Virus record (IMG/VR): IMGVR_UViG_3300025389_000018
From: a virus
Lineage: Duplodnaviria > Heunggongvirae > Uroviricota > Caudoviricetes
Length of the DNA stretch: 64,000 bases
Reading direction: 5' to 3' (one strand)
Part shown: positions 27,484 through 36,294 of the stretch, piece after piece
How positions within the stretch are numbered: position 1 is the stretch's first letter
Layout: each line of letters begins with the position of its first letter
Program-made: the position numbers and the translations under genes
The notes under the pieces: model-generated
The model's input: the letters and a program-made list of their open reading frames with translations, nothing else
Told to the model about the DNA's origin: nothing
The model's database searches: none

Positions 27484-27722
27484 CCAAAGAGGAACTGCTA
27501 GAAAAAGTGGATAAAGTTCTAGATGATGCTGAATACGCTAAAGCTTGCGATGGATGGGACAGTATTGCGCCTATTAAAGCCCTTCGCGCAGTGATAGAGC
27601 TGCATAGCCCTTGGACTAGCCCAACAGGTACTTGGTGTCAACATTGTGAGGATGTATTTGATGCTTCAGAGCGATACCCCTGCCCCACTATCCAAGCAAT
27701 TGAAAGGGAATTTAATGGATAA
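27480..27722 (+). CDS. Small protein with WCQHCx9YPCPT (CxxC-YPCP family)
   Basis: ATGA overlap. Confidence 0.45.
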   Translation: MTKEELLEKVDKVLDDAEYAKACDGWDSIAPIKALRAVIELHSPWTSPTGTWCQHCEDVFDASERYPCPTIQAIEREFNG

Positions 27723-28014
27723 CGATGAGGACGAGCTAACTTTTACTGAAGAAGAAGTAGAAGAAATAGCGGAAAAGCTTCGCGTTGCACGAGCTAGCGT
27801 TCCCGTATATTGCAGGCGGTGTAGGGCAAAGATTCCAAGGTTTCGCTTTTGGAACTTAAACGATGCTTTGCAAGTAACCCTTGAAGGGGGGTATGCAATG
27901 TTCATGGACGAGCCCGATTGGAAGTTCGCTCTCTGTAAGGTTTGCTGCTACGATTTAGTTCACTTTCTAAACATAGACATTGACGAACTGTCTGAGGAGT
28001 GGGGTAAGAAGTAG
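27715..28014 (+). CDS. Small zinc-ribbon protein (CRRC...CKVCC)
   Basis: Start refined to an ATG that overlaps the upstream stop. Confidence 0.45.
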   Translation: MDNDEDELTFTEEEVEEIAEKLRVARASVPVYCRRCRAKIPRFRFWNLNDALQVTLEGGYAMFMDEPDWKFALCKVCCYDLVHFLNIDIDELSEEWGKK

Positions 28015-28307
28015 TGAGTAGGTCATGGAAACAGGCCCCTTATTGGGTGCAGAAACTGCGCCATAAAGGTACTTGGTTTCCCTATTCATGCGGCTGTTGG
28101 ATGTGTACCTGGAACTCCCAAACAAAAAAGAGACAAGCCTTAAACAAAGCGACTAAAGATGATTATGAAGATAATTAGGCGCCTAAACATGGGGCTTAAA
28201 AGACACTCCATACTTACCGATGAACGGCATTACACTTCTGCGGAGTTCGTGCTAAAAGCGTATAGAGACAATGAGGTTTCTCCAGAAATAGCCACTCCTG
28301 GAGATTT

Positions 28308-28511
28308 ATGGGAGAAAATAAACAAATGGAACTAGAAACCCAGAAGGACAACTATCTCCTAGCTTGTGAGAAGATAGCTGAGGCAATAAAGCTTTTAGAC
28401 CCCTCTCTAAACGTTGACTTTATAAGCGGGCTATTTCTTGCCCCATTCGATGTAACGGAAGCAGGAACTACTGTGTATTGGTTTACAGCAGACATTGGAG
28501 TAAAAAAATGA
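28308..28511 (+). CDS. Small hypothetical protein
   Basis: Operon context. Confidence 0.4.
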   Translation: MGENKQMELETQKDNYLLACEKIAEAIKLLDPSLNVDFISGLFLAPFDVTEAGTTVYWFTADIGVKK

Positions 28512-28735
28512 ATGAAACCCCATTAGCCGTCTCGGAGATAGGCCCTGAAGTGCTAAGTCTGCTAGACCCTGAACTACTAAAGTTACTAGGAATAAACCCC
28601 TCACTCCCATGGGTGGTTGTAGATGACGACTTCTTCGAGTACATGGAAGAAGAGTCAATTGAGGAGATTTTAGACATTGATGAATTCTTGGTCTACTATT
28701 TGGACTGGGAAAAAGAGAACGTAGTAGAGGATTAA
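28508..28735 (+). CDS. Small highly acidic hypothetical protein
   Basis: ATGA overlap. Confidence 0.45.
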   Translation: MNETPLAVSEIGPEVLSLLDPELLKLLGINPSLPWVVVDDDFFEYMEEESIEEILDIDEFLVYYLDWEKENVVED

Positions 28736-28736
28736 C

Positions 28737-29147
28737 ATGAGAAATACTTGCGCTTTGTGTGGGCACAAAATAGATACTCTCTGTGGCTCGTCTTCAGTTA
28801 GGGATGTCTCTAATGAGATTTTGTACCTTTGCCATCCAGTAATAAGTGAGAATCATATGGATTGCTACCACCTATGGACGGTGTACAACAAGAGGCCTGT
28901 AGACTTAATAAATTTAGAGCCACGCTTAGAAGCCCCACCAGTTACTTATGCAGAGTTAGTGGCTTCTATAAATGAGACTGAGAGATTAGCACATGTTGTC
29001 TATACCTCTGCCGTTTTTGGGGCGATAAAAGCTGCCGTAAGACTTCATGCCCCAGAGATGTTCGAGGGCAGGTTATGCTGCCCTGAGTGTATGGGAACTG
29101 ACTACCCTTGCAACACCATCAGAGAATTTATGAGGGAAATGGGATGA
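28737..29147 (+). CDS. Cys-rich protein with CPECx4YPCNT (CxxC-YPCP family) and N-terminal CALCGH
   Basis: Several Cys pairs. Confidence 0.5.
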   Translation: MRNTCALCGHKIDTLCGSSSVRDVSNEILYLCHPVISENHMDCYHLWTVYNKRPVDLINLEPRLEAPPVTYAELVASINETERLAHVVYTSAVFGAIKAAVRLHAPEMFEGRLCCPECMGTDYPCNTIREFMREMG

Positions 29148-29252
29148 GAATCTCTTTAGACAACCACCTAACTACTTGGTAATGTTTGAGGCTGTACAGA
29201 CGAAGGCTTCTCCGTACTGGCATACACCTAACACTATAAATTGGAGATAGAA

Positions 29253-29417
29253 ATGAAATGCGATATTTGTTCTGAGAAGTCTGAAGACTTCCTTTTTGTA
29301 GTAGAAGAGTCCGATACGTTCAGTACTCCTACTAACTTCGAGTACTGCTGTGTACTCTGTGAAGATTGTGTAGAGGAGTTTGGCGGAATCCACATGATTG
29401 ACTACTATGTCAGCTAA
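29253..29417 (+). CDS. Small zinc-ribbon protein (CDICS...CVLCEDC; not in ORF track)
   Basis: GGAGATAG RBS. It encodes 54 aa. Confidence 0.4.
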   Translation: MKCDICSEKSEDFLFVVEESDTFSTPTNFEYCCVLCEDCVEEFGGIHMIDYYVS

Positions 29418-29757
29418 TACTTGCTCTCCTGGGAGTGTTCCTAATCCCTTAAACATTTCCCCCTACTACTTGAACCCAACTATCAACAACCCTTCTGTAT
29501 GGCATACAGGAGGAGGCGGTACCCCCACAAGCCCTGTAGGGGCAGGAGGAAGGGGTGGTCTCGTAACTACTACGACTAGCACTACTCCTTACACTGGGTA
29601 CGTCTACCCAAATACACCCACTATAACTACCTCTCCCAACACACTTTACCCAGTTACTAGCCCTATAACTAACGGATTCGACGTGAACGATGCCATGCGT
29701 ATAGCCAGAGAACAGATGGAAATTATTTTGGAAGAAGAAAAGCTGTGGAACAGCTAA
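29407..29757 (+). CDS. Thr/Pro-rich small protein ending ...EEEKLWNS (LW-tail family)
   Basis: Start refined to an internal ATG. Confidence 0.45.
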   Translation: MSANTCSPGSVPNPLNISPYYLNPTINNPSVWHTGGGGTPTSPVGAGGRGGLVTTTTSTTPYTGYVYPNTPTITTSPNTLYPVTSPITNGFDVNDAMRIAREQMEIILEEEKLWNS

Positions 29758-29915
29758 CTACACCGACACAGGGGCACAACATCCCTAATTGGGCTGTTAC
29801 CTCCTCGGAAGAATGTCTCCTACACCAAGTACGTGAAGCGACGGATAAACTCCGTATCTCCATTAGGGAAGACAAGGAAGACAAGCTCCTTGAACAGGAA
29901 CTGTGGAATAGTTAA
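29745..29915 (+). CDS. Possible small protein ending ...EQELWNS (LW-tail family; GTG start overlapping the previous LWNS codons)
   Basis: The open frame has no ATG. The GTG is preceded by GGAAGAAGAAAAG. Confidence 0.3.
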   Translation: MEQLTTPTQGHNIPNWAVTSSEECLLHQVREATDKLRISIREDKEDKLLEQELWNS

Positions 29916-30065
29916 AGATGCGTTAACTCTTTAACGATGTCACAATTAGGTCACTATGGCTAAATGTATTAAGTGTGACCACGACATCATCTCAGGAGTC
30001 TGCGAAGTAGACACCTGTAAGTGCATTTGCGAGATTCCAGTGACTGCGGAGTTTAGGGACGGGGC

Positions 30066-30242
30066 ATGAGCAAAGTACAGAGGGTTCAAGAGCTTCGCCG
30101 CTCTAATGCGGCTACACCTGTTCGCAATAAGACTCGCTATAACCGAACCGACTTCAAGCAAGAAATGCAATTGCTTCGTGAAGAGCAATTCCACGTAGGT
30201 GAGGCTCCAGAAGGAACCGTAGCTGGAGCAAGCAAGCAATGA
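30066..30242 (+). CDS. Small basic hypothetical protein (58 aa; not in ORF track)
   Basis: ATGA overlaps at both ends. Confidence 0.35.
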   Translation: MSKVQRVQELRRSNAATPVRNKTRYNRTDFKQEMQLLREEQFHVGEAPEGTVAGASKQ

Positions 30243-30460
30243 GTGCAGAGGATAACCTAGGGCTACAATGGCGTGGTACACGCACTACCGTAGGAACTAT
30301 CCATTCAATGTCTGCTACTCCTTACAATTACATCGCTCCAGTATGGCACGATAACAAGAAGCAGTGGAAAGTAATGGGAGGCTTAGGAGATGGCACTATC
30401 CACCCCACTTTGCGAGATGCCAAACAGCATGTTGAAAGCCTGCATAGGAGAAGTCAATGA
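30239..30460 (+). CDS. Small hypothetical protein
   Basis: ATGA overlap. Confidence 0.4.
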   Translation: MSAEDNLGLQWRGTRTTVGTIHSMSATPYNYIAPVWHDNKKQWKVMGGLGDGTIHPTLRDAKQHVESLHRRSQ

Positions 30461-30729
30461 CCCTGCCATCCAAGAAGAAAAAAGTGTACGGGCCGTACAA
30501 AGATAAGAACAAGGGCGGGCGTACAATGATGGTGGAGTATGACCCTAAGACTCAGAAGACTACCTCTACTCATGAAGCCCGTTACAAGAAAGAAAAATCT
30601 CTTGGGCGCAAACTTGGTAAAGATGAGCATGTTGACCATAAGGACAACAACAAGCACAACAACGGTTCGAAGAACCTTCAAGTGATGAAGGCATCGAAGA
30701 ATATCGGCAAAGGAAATAAGCACCGCTGA
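30457..30729 (+). CDS. Small HNH-motif nuclease-like protein
   Basis: EHVDHKDNNKHNNGSKNLQVM resembles the HNH core. Confidence 0.45.
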   Translation: MTLPSKKKKVYGPYKDKNKGGRTMMVEYDPKTQKTTSTHEARYKKEKSLGRKLGKDEHVDHKDNNKHNNGSKNLQVMKASKNIGKGNKHR

Positions 30730-30910
30730 TGAGCGAAGAGGCTGAAGAGACTAGCCGAGATATTGACTAGGCTTACGTGAACGAGCAGCATCGTATTTGG
30801 AAAGAAACTCACAAAGATGCACCAGCAGTATGGTGGAGCATCTAAATGGGTTGGCTCATTCTTGCTATCCCCTTATTTGTCCTGCTGGTAGTGAACGAAA
30901 GGTATAACAA

Positions 30911-31552
30911 GTGGTAGTAGATGTAGCCCTTCTAAACGAAGCCAACATTCCAGATGCTGACTTTAAGAAGTTGGTAGATGGGGCGCAGCAATTTGCCAAT
31001 CTTGTTGCAAAAGCCTGGGGTCTTCCTTTAACGATTGTCTCAGGTACCGCAAGCCAAGGGTCTTGGAACATCCACCTTTCAGAAGCAAACCGCCATGTAG
31101 GTGCGGCTGGCTATCACCAGATGGTAAACAACCTCCCTGTGGCGTGGTGCTCCCCTAAAGCAGCGGTTCAGACTTTTGGCACGTATTACCCTCCCCGAAA
31201 GCTCAGTCTTCTTAAGACAACTGCTCCCATTTATTCCATAGGGCTCATCACTGTTATTTGCCATGAATTGGCGGAGATGCTTTGCGACCCCGCTATACAG
31301 ACTCTTTCAGCAGTTGACAAGAAGCAGAGAAAGTGGCTAGTAGAGGTCTGCGACCATGTTTTCGGGGTTTACTTTCCAATGGTCGTAAATGGCCTCACAA
31401 TGGTGGTCCCAGACGTGACTACCCCTGCCTTCTACTCTTTGACTGCTAAAGGCCCTTATGACCTCCAGGAAGCCGTTAAAGCCCCTTTTACCCTAACCCC
31501 AAAGGGATATGGCTATTGGGAAGACGCTTCGGGACACCTCTTCCCCCTTTAA
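30911..31552 (+). CDS. Hypothetical protein (GTG start)
   Basis: GAAAGG RBS upstream. Confidence 0.5.
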   Translation: MVVDVALLNEANIPDADFKKLVDGAQQFANLVAKAWGLPLTIVSGTASQGSWNIHLSEANRHVGAAGYHQMVNNLPVAWCSPKAAVQTFGTYYPPRKLSLLKTTAPIYSIGLITVICHELAEMLCDPAIQTLSAVDKKQRKWLVEVCDHVFGVYFPMVVNGLTMVVPDVTTPAFYSLTAKGPYDLQEAVKAPFTLTPKGYGYWEDASGHLFPL

Positions 31553-31605
31553 TCCCAGAAATCTGATACCCTTCTCAGGACAGTGAACCATCTTTAGGAG
31601 GAATC

Positions 31606-32181
31606 TTGACCACAATCGCAGCAGTGCAAGGCGACGGATGGGTCGTAATGGGTGCAGACACCCAGGGGACCTATAACGAATACCGCAAAATTTTCATGAA
31701 AGATGACAAGGTCGTAGAAAATAACGGCATTCTAATTGCTGGTTGCGGTATTGGACGAGGCATGAATCTCCTACAGCGTGGCTGGAAAGCCCCTAAGCCT
31801 CGCACCAAGTTGAGTCCAGAGAAGTTAGATAATTGGATGGTCAACACCTTCCTGCCCCAGATGAGAGACGTATTCATCAAGGGCGGTTATGACATGAAGG
31901 ATGACGGAGACTATGCCAAGTACGAGAACGTCTTCCTAGTCGCTGTTCAAGGCCATGTATACATAATTGATGAGGACTACTCTATTGACAGGGACGCCAG
32001 AAACTATGTAACGTCTGGCAGTGGAGGAGACTTCGCACAAGGTTCCCTTTATAACCATGGACCTAAGCTATTTACTGACCTTGAGTTTGCGAAAGAAGCA
32101 ATGAAGATGGCTGTAGATGCAGCTAAAGAGTTTGACAGCAACTCAGGTGGAGAAACAAGAATTTACGTACAACTAGCCTAA
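31606..32181 (+). CDS. HslV-like Ntn-hydrolase peptidase (proteasome beta-subunit fold), TTG start
   Basis: N-terminal (M)[21 protein letters not shown] aligns to E. coli HslV [32 protein letters not shown] motif corresponds to HslV GSGGPYA. AGGAGG RBS. Confidence 0.7.
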   Translation: [191 protein letters not shown]

Positions 32182-32194
32182 TAAGGAATATTAA

Positions 32195-32491
32195 ATGTCA
32201 AAAAGACAAGAAAAAGTAGCACAAAAGAAAATGGAACAACAGGCTTACATCCTTCAAAGCGCACAGGAACGCGCTAAAGAGCGTTGGGAAAAAGCGCAGA
32301 TATCAGCAGCATCAGCGCAATCTGTGTTGGATTATGCCGTCGAACAATTTGAAGCACACAAAGAAGAATTAGAGCCAGAGATTATTACACAGACAGAGGA
32401 ACAGATTACTCTTCGTACAAAGCAAATTGAAGAGTTCATCATGACCGAAAAAGACCTTTACTTGGAGGCAATGGGAATACAGGCGGATTAA
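32195..32491 (+). CDS. Hypothetical coiled-coil protein
   Basis: RBS-preceded ATG. Confidence 0.5.
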   Translation: MSKRQEKVAQKKMEQQAYILQSAQERAKERWEKAQISAASAQSVLDYAVEQFEAHKEELEPEIITQTEEQITLRTKQIEEFIMTEKDLYLEAMGIQAD

Positions 32492-32664
32492 CCTCCTGTT
32501 TTGTAAAACCCTCCGCCTTTAAAGGTTATTCCAAAAGTGGAGTAAGAACGATTCATCTTGTACCCGCAGTTTTCGCAAATCGGCACTTCTTCTGTAGCGT
32601 GAATACTGCGGTCTATCTCAATAGTTGTATCGCAGTTCATGCAGGTGTACTCATACTTAGGCAT
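32489..32664 (-). CDS. FmdB-family zinc-ribbon protein (MPKYEYTCMNCD...CENCG; not in ORF track)
   Basis: The characteristic MPxYEYxCxxC start plus a second CxxC. Confidence 0.5.
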
Positions 32665-33175
32665 TTTCTAACACGAAATCCTTAACTGGGTGAAGTTGGT
32701 CTTGAGATACATACACATTTCCATCCTTTGTGGGAATAGCAATTTTACGTGCTTCCGCAACAGGAATTGCCCCCAACAAGTAAACAGTGTTCTCTTCGTC
32801 AGTATCCACACACCCAAGTACTGCGACTTTGTGGTGTGCATCTGTGTCTCGAATCGTTAGCTCTCCTTTAAGAGAACGACAGCGACGGACCTCAAAATGA
32901 GGCTCAACATCTGGCATATCCTTGTGTTCACTGTGGGTGGACAAATCCCAGTCTTCACTGTTCCAACGAGTTCCAAAATACTTTGAGACAGCCATCTCTA
33001 CTAAGCACCCTTTTATATCTCCTTGAAAAGCAGTGTCATAGGCTACAAATCTGTGGGTGGAAAATCTCTCTCCTGTTACAGGGTCCCTGTGTCTCCACTG
33101 TCGCTTAATGCCTGCAGTGTAGGCGCGAATCATTTCTTCTTGAGTAAGCTTAATTACTTCCATATTCTTCTCCAA
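32657..33175 (-). CDS. Hypothetical protein
   Basis: Operon context. Confidence 0.5.
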   Translation of the reverse strand: MEKNMEVIKLTQEEMIRAYTAGIKRQWRHRDPVTGERFSTHRFVAYDTAFQGDIKGCLVEMAVSKYFGTRWNSEDWDLSTHSEHKDMPDVEPHFEVRRCRSLKGELTIRDTDAHHKVAVLGCVDTDEENTVYLLGAIPVAEARKIAIPTKDGNVYVSQDQLHPVKDFVLENA

Positions 33176-33710
33176 TCGGTATCCCGTTTTTGTACTTCCA
33201 TCTCCAGCTATTTTGATGCTCAGCAGTTATACGCCGATGACAGTTGGCGCAACGAACTTCTCCCTTTTTGAACTCATCTTTTATTTTTTCTATTGGAATA
33301 ACGTTTCGTATAGCTGTATTTAAGTCAAACTCTTTGCCTGTTACGTGGTCGAACTCTAACACCAAGAGGTCTGTTTCTCCGCAATCCACACACGGATTGG
33401 CAGCATAAAAGTCTGCCAATAGCATCCTTATCTCATTTTTTCTTGCATTACGGGTTCCATAAACACCCTCTAAAAGGTCTTCTCTACGGCCTTCATAATT
33501 ACTTCTCTGGTATTCCCCTTGACAAGGTTTACAGTAAGGCTGGACGCTGGAGAGAGTCCCAGAGTTTCTTTTTTTATTGAACTCAGTTAAGGGTTTTTCT
33601 TTTTTGCATCTGTTGCAGACCTTCATCAGACACCTCTCCATTGACATAGCTTTCCAAATGCTTATGCTCACAATACCTTGCCAGAGAGGGAACCACAAAT
33701 AGAGTCCCAC
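33150..33710 (-). CDS. HNH endonuclease with N-terminal zinc finger
   Basis: CVDCGETDLLVLEFDHV...CANCHRRITAEH. Confidence 0.55.
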   Translation of the reverse strand: MGLYLWFPLWQGIVSISIWKAMSMERCLMKVCNRCKKEKPLTEFNKKRNSGTLSSVQPYCKPCQGEYQRSNYEGRREDLLEGVYGTRNARKNEIRMLLADFYAANPCVDCGETDLLVLEFDHVTGKEFDLNTAIRNVIPIEKIKDEFKKGEVRCANCHRRITAEHQNSWRWKYKNGIPIGEEYGSN

Positions 33711-33796
33711 ATTCTGAACATGAGTATCTTTGCTTGTAAGTGTCTATGGCACTATTATGCACGTACAGTTACCGAAAAAAGGGGCAAAATTAAGAC

Positions 33797-33994
33797 ATGA
33801 GTACAGCTGTTAAAGTTGAAGAACTAACTGCTCAAGACCGTTGCGACAAATGCTCTGCTAGAGCACTTATTAGAGCAAAATTTACAAGTGGGGAACTTCT
33901 GTTTTGTGGGCATCACGCTCGTGAACTTGAGGAGAAACTAACTGCACAAGCAGTCTCAGTGTTTGACCCAGAAGGTGTGTTCGATGCCAAATAA
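33797..33994 (+). CDS. Small zinc-binding protein CDKCSx14LFCGHH (paralog of 38637-38885)
   Basis: A-rich RBS. Confidence 0.5.
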   Translation: MSTAVKVEELTAQDRCDKCSARALIRAKFTSGELLFCGHHARELEEKLTAQAVSVFDPEGVFDAK

Positions 33995-34196
33995 CGAAAA
34001 GCAGATTGATATGACAACAACTGCTTACTACGACACTAAATCGCATCCGAACAGTATGTTCACTCCTGAGCAGTCGTATCAAATTGGTCAAGGGATGATG
34101 GGTGGTCCCAACGGAACTTACGGAAGATATCAAATGGGCCCTAATGAACAACGCAGTGACTTCAAGCAACCGAGACAGAGGCAAACAGGTGAATAG
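33984..34196 (+). CDS. Small Gly/Met/Gln-rich hypothetical protein
   Basis: ATG overlapping the upstream stop. Confidence 0.35.
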   Translation: MPNNEKQIDMTTTAYYDTKSHPNSMFTPEQSYQIGQGMMGGPNGTYGRYQMGPNEQRSDFKQPRQRQTGE

Positions 34197-34491
34197 TCTT
34201 TCTAGAGAGCAATTCGATGCAGCAGTGGCACTGGAGCATAAGCGTCGCAGAGAAATGGGACTTGGTCTCATGACAGGTAATGCTGCATTTGGTGCTTACC
34301 CTTATATAACTATGGGAATGGGCGCCGCACAAGTCGGAGATAACGAAGCAACCGAAGGTTACACAGGTGCAGGAGAATCTGCAGAAAACGCAACTCCTGA
34401 AGCAGGAGAAGTGTCAGGAGGTTCAGGGGAATCAGGTGCAGCAGCTTCAACTGCTGGAAGTTCAGCAGGAGGAGCGGGTGTTTCAGGATGA
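34189..34491 (+). CDS. Gly/Ala/Ser-rich hypothetical protein (GTG start proposed; ORF-track 34102)
   Basis: GAGG 7 nt upstream of the GTG. Confidence 0.35.
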   Translation: MNSLSREQFDAAVALEHKRRREMGLGLMTGNAAFGAYPYITMGMGAAQVGDNEATEGYTGAGESAENATPEAGEVSGGSGESGAAASTAGSSAGGAGVSG

Positions 34492-34778
34492 GCAGTTTAA
34501 ATAAGAAGCAACTCAAGGATGTAGAGAAGTACGAAGCACGTCAACGCGCTCGATATGGCCGTAAAAAAGAGAGTGGATACTCAGGGCAAAGGTACCAGCA
34601 AGCTTTGATGCCCTACGAGTTAGGAGCTATGGGCTCTGGTGTTGACCCAAGAAGCTCTACTACTGCTCGTTCTCCAGAATATGCTGTGAAGAAAAAGGCA
34701 ACTCGTAAAGGAAAGACAGTTCCAATGACCAATGGTATGAGTCAAGGTGGAACAATGACATCTGCGGTGGCGATGTAA
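34488..34778 (+). CDS. Small basic hypothetical protein
   Basis: ATGA overlap. Confidence 0.45.
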   Translation: MSSLNKKQLKDVEKYEARQRARYGRKKESGYSGQRYQQALMPYELGAMGSGVDPRSSTTARSPEYAVKKKATRKGKTVPMTNGMSQGGTMTSAVAM

Positions 34779-34993
34779 TGGGTAAACAACTTATCAGAAA
34801 GCCTTTGATGGTAAACCAACGCCGAAGCATACGCCAAGAGTTCGATTTCAATACCAACCTTGGGTTTAAATCTAAGGCTAATCCAAGTGTTGTTACCTGG
34901 GGTAATCGTGGAAGAGGAGTTGAAGGAGAGTCCACAAACTCCACCAATAACGCAGCCAACCAAATAGTGAACCGAAACTGGCGTCCAATTTAA
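34778..34993 (+). CDS. Small hypothetical protein
   Basis: TAATG overlap. Confidence 0.4.
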   Translation: MGKQLIRKPLMVNQRRSIRQEFDFNTNLGFKSKANPSVVTWGNRGRGVEGESTNSTNNAANQIVNRNWRPI

Positions 34994-35112
34994 TTTAACT
35001 ATACGTTCATTACGTTAGTAGTTTAAACTACTCGTACTCACACACTCAGTGGTACTGATACGGACAACCTTTACTGCATGTCGCTTTATACATCTCCAGT
35101 GAGGTTTACCAA

Positions 35113-35388
35113 ATGAGTGTCGCTAACTGGCTCCAATCAATTTCCGCTGCTTTAGCCATTATTGGAGGTTTAGGTATCGCTTTGCGTTGGCTTGTTAAAC
35201 ATTACCTTGCTGAGTTGAAGCCAAATCATGGCACTTCATTGAATGACAAAATTGTTTTGGAAGTCTTGCCGTTACTCCGTAAGTTGGACCGTCGGCAAGA
35301 TGAGATTAGAGAAGACATTACTGAAGTAAAAGTTGCTCAAGCACGTCTTGAAGGTCGCTTCGACCAACATGTAGAAGAAGGAGAATAA
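35113..35388 (+). CDS. Single-TM protein with coiled-coil tail
   Basis: N-terminal hydrophobic helix. Confidence 0.5.
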   Translation: MSVANWLQSISAALAIIGGLGIALRWLVKHYLAELKPNHGTSLNDKIVLEVLPLLRKLDRRQDEIREDITEVKVAQARLEGRFDQHVEEGE

Positions 35389-35822
35389 TGACAGAGGCTC
35401 ATTCCGAGCACCTTGCTATTCACCTCATAACAAACGTACCTTCTCACGAACCTCGTGAAACCGACCCACACTATCACCTGTTTAACCAAGCAAAGGCTCG
35501 CATTAAACGTCAAGGTCTTTGGAAGTGCATCATTGATGATGACCTTTGTTCTGGGACTCCAGAATTGCATCACAGTTATGTTGAATTCTCTCAGATAAAC
35601 AACACTGACCCAAAGAGAATAGAAAAAGCCTTTGGGCTGCATTTTGAAAGTGACGAAGACTTCCAAGAGTGGATTGAAAGTCCTGGAAATCTAGAGGTAC
35701 TTTGCACTGCTCATCACAGGACGAGATTCGGTATTCACGAGATACCAGGACCTTTGTGGGAAGCAATCCGCTTTAGAAACGCAAACTCTTCTCCAGCAGC
35801 GGAGGTGGACAATGGCGTATGA
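35388..35822 (+). CDS. HNH-like nuclease
   Basis: ELHH...GNLEVLCTAHH pattern. Confidence 0.45.
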   Translation: MTEAHSEHLAIHLITNVPSHEPRETDPHYHLFNQAKARIKRQGLWKCIIDDDLCSGTPELHHSYVEFSQINNTDPKRIEKAFGLHFESDEDFQEWIESPGNLEVLCTAHHRTRFGIHEIPGPLWEAIRFRNANSSPAAEVDNGV

Positions 35823-36294
35823 ACCACGTCCAGGAGATTATGGAGTTATAAAAACTAAAGGTGCGTTTGGAAAGCTCATACGTGTTGGGACGATGTCTCG
35901 TTGGAACCATGCGGTTGTTTATATCGGTGACGGGCTCATTATTGAAGCCAAGCCGACAGGAGTTTGCATCAGTAAAGCTTCTGATTATGACTTAATTGGG
36001 TGGAACCAGCATGAGGAGCTTACTGATGGGCAACGAGAAGTTATCGTAAATGAGGCACACCGTCTTATAGACAGGCCCTATGGATTCTTGGATATAGCTA
36101 ATCTAGCTTTGAGAATACTGGGATTAAAGCTTCTTGCTAATACTTCTCTCTTAGAGAAAATGTCTGAAAGATACGGAGTTATTTGCTCAGAACTAGTAGC
36201 ACTTTGCTATGACGCAGCAAAAATAGATTTGTGCAATAAACCTGCAAACATAGTTACGCCAGGAGATTTAGCAGAAAGGTTGATTTACCAGTGA
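35812..36294 (+). CDS. Permuted papain-like amidase (YiiX/YaeF, C92-like) - cell-wall hydrolase candidate
   Basis: His motif SRWNHAVVYIGDG precedes the Cys motif YGVICSELVALCYD, i.e. a permuted catalytic order. Confidence 0.55.
   Translation: MAYEPRPGDYGVIKTKGAFGKLIRVGTMSRWNHAVVYIGDGLIIEAKPTGVCISKASDYDLIGWNQHEELTDGQREVIVNEAHRLIDRPYGFLDIANLALRILGLKLLANTSLLEKMSERYGVICSELVALCYDAAKIDLCNKPANIVTPGDLAERLIYQ

Noticed and set aside
30911-31552. A possible zinc metallopeptidase from VICHELAEML.
   Set aside because: The motif is HELAE, not HExxH, and there is no downstream third ligand pattern. It is left as hypothetical.
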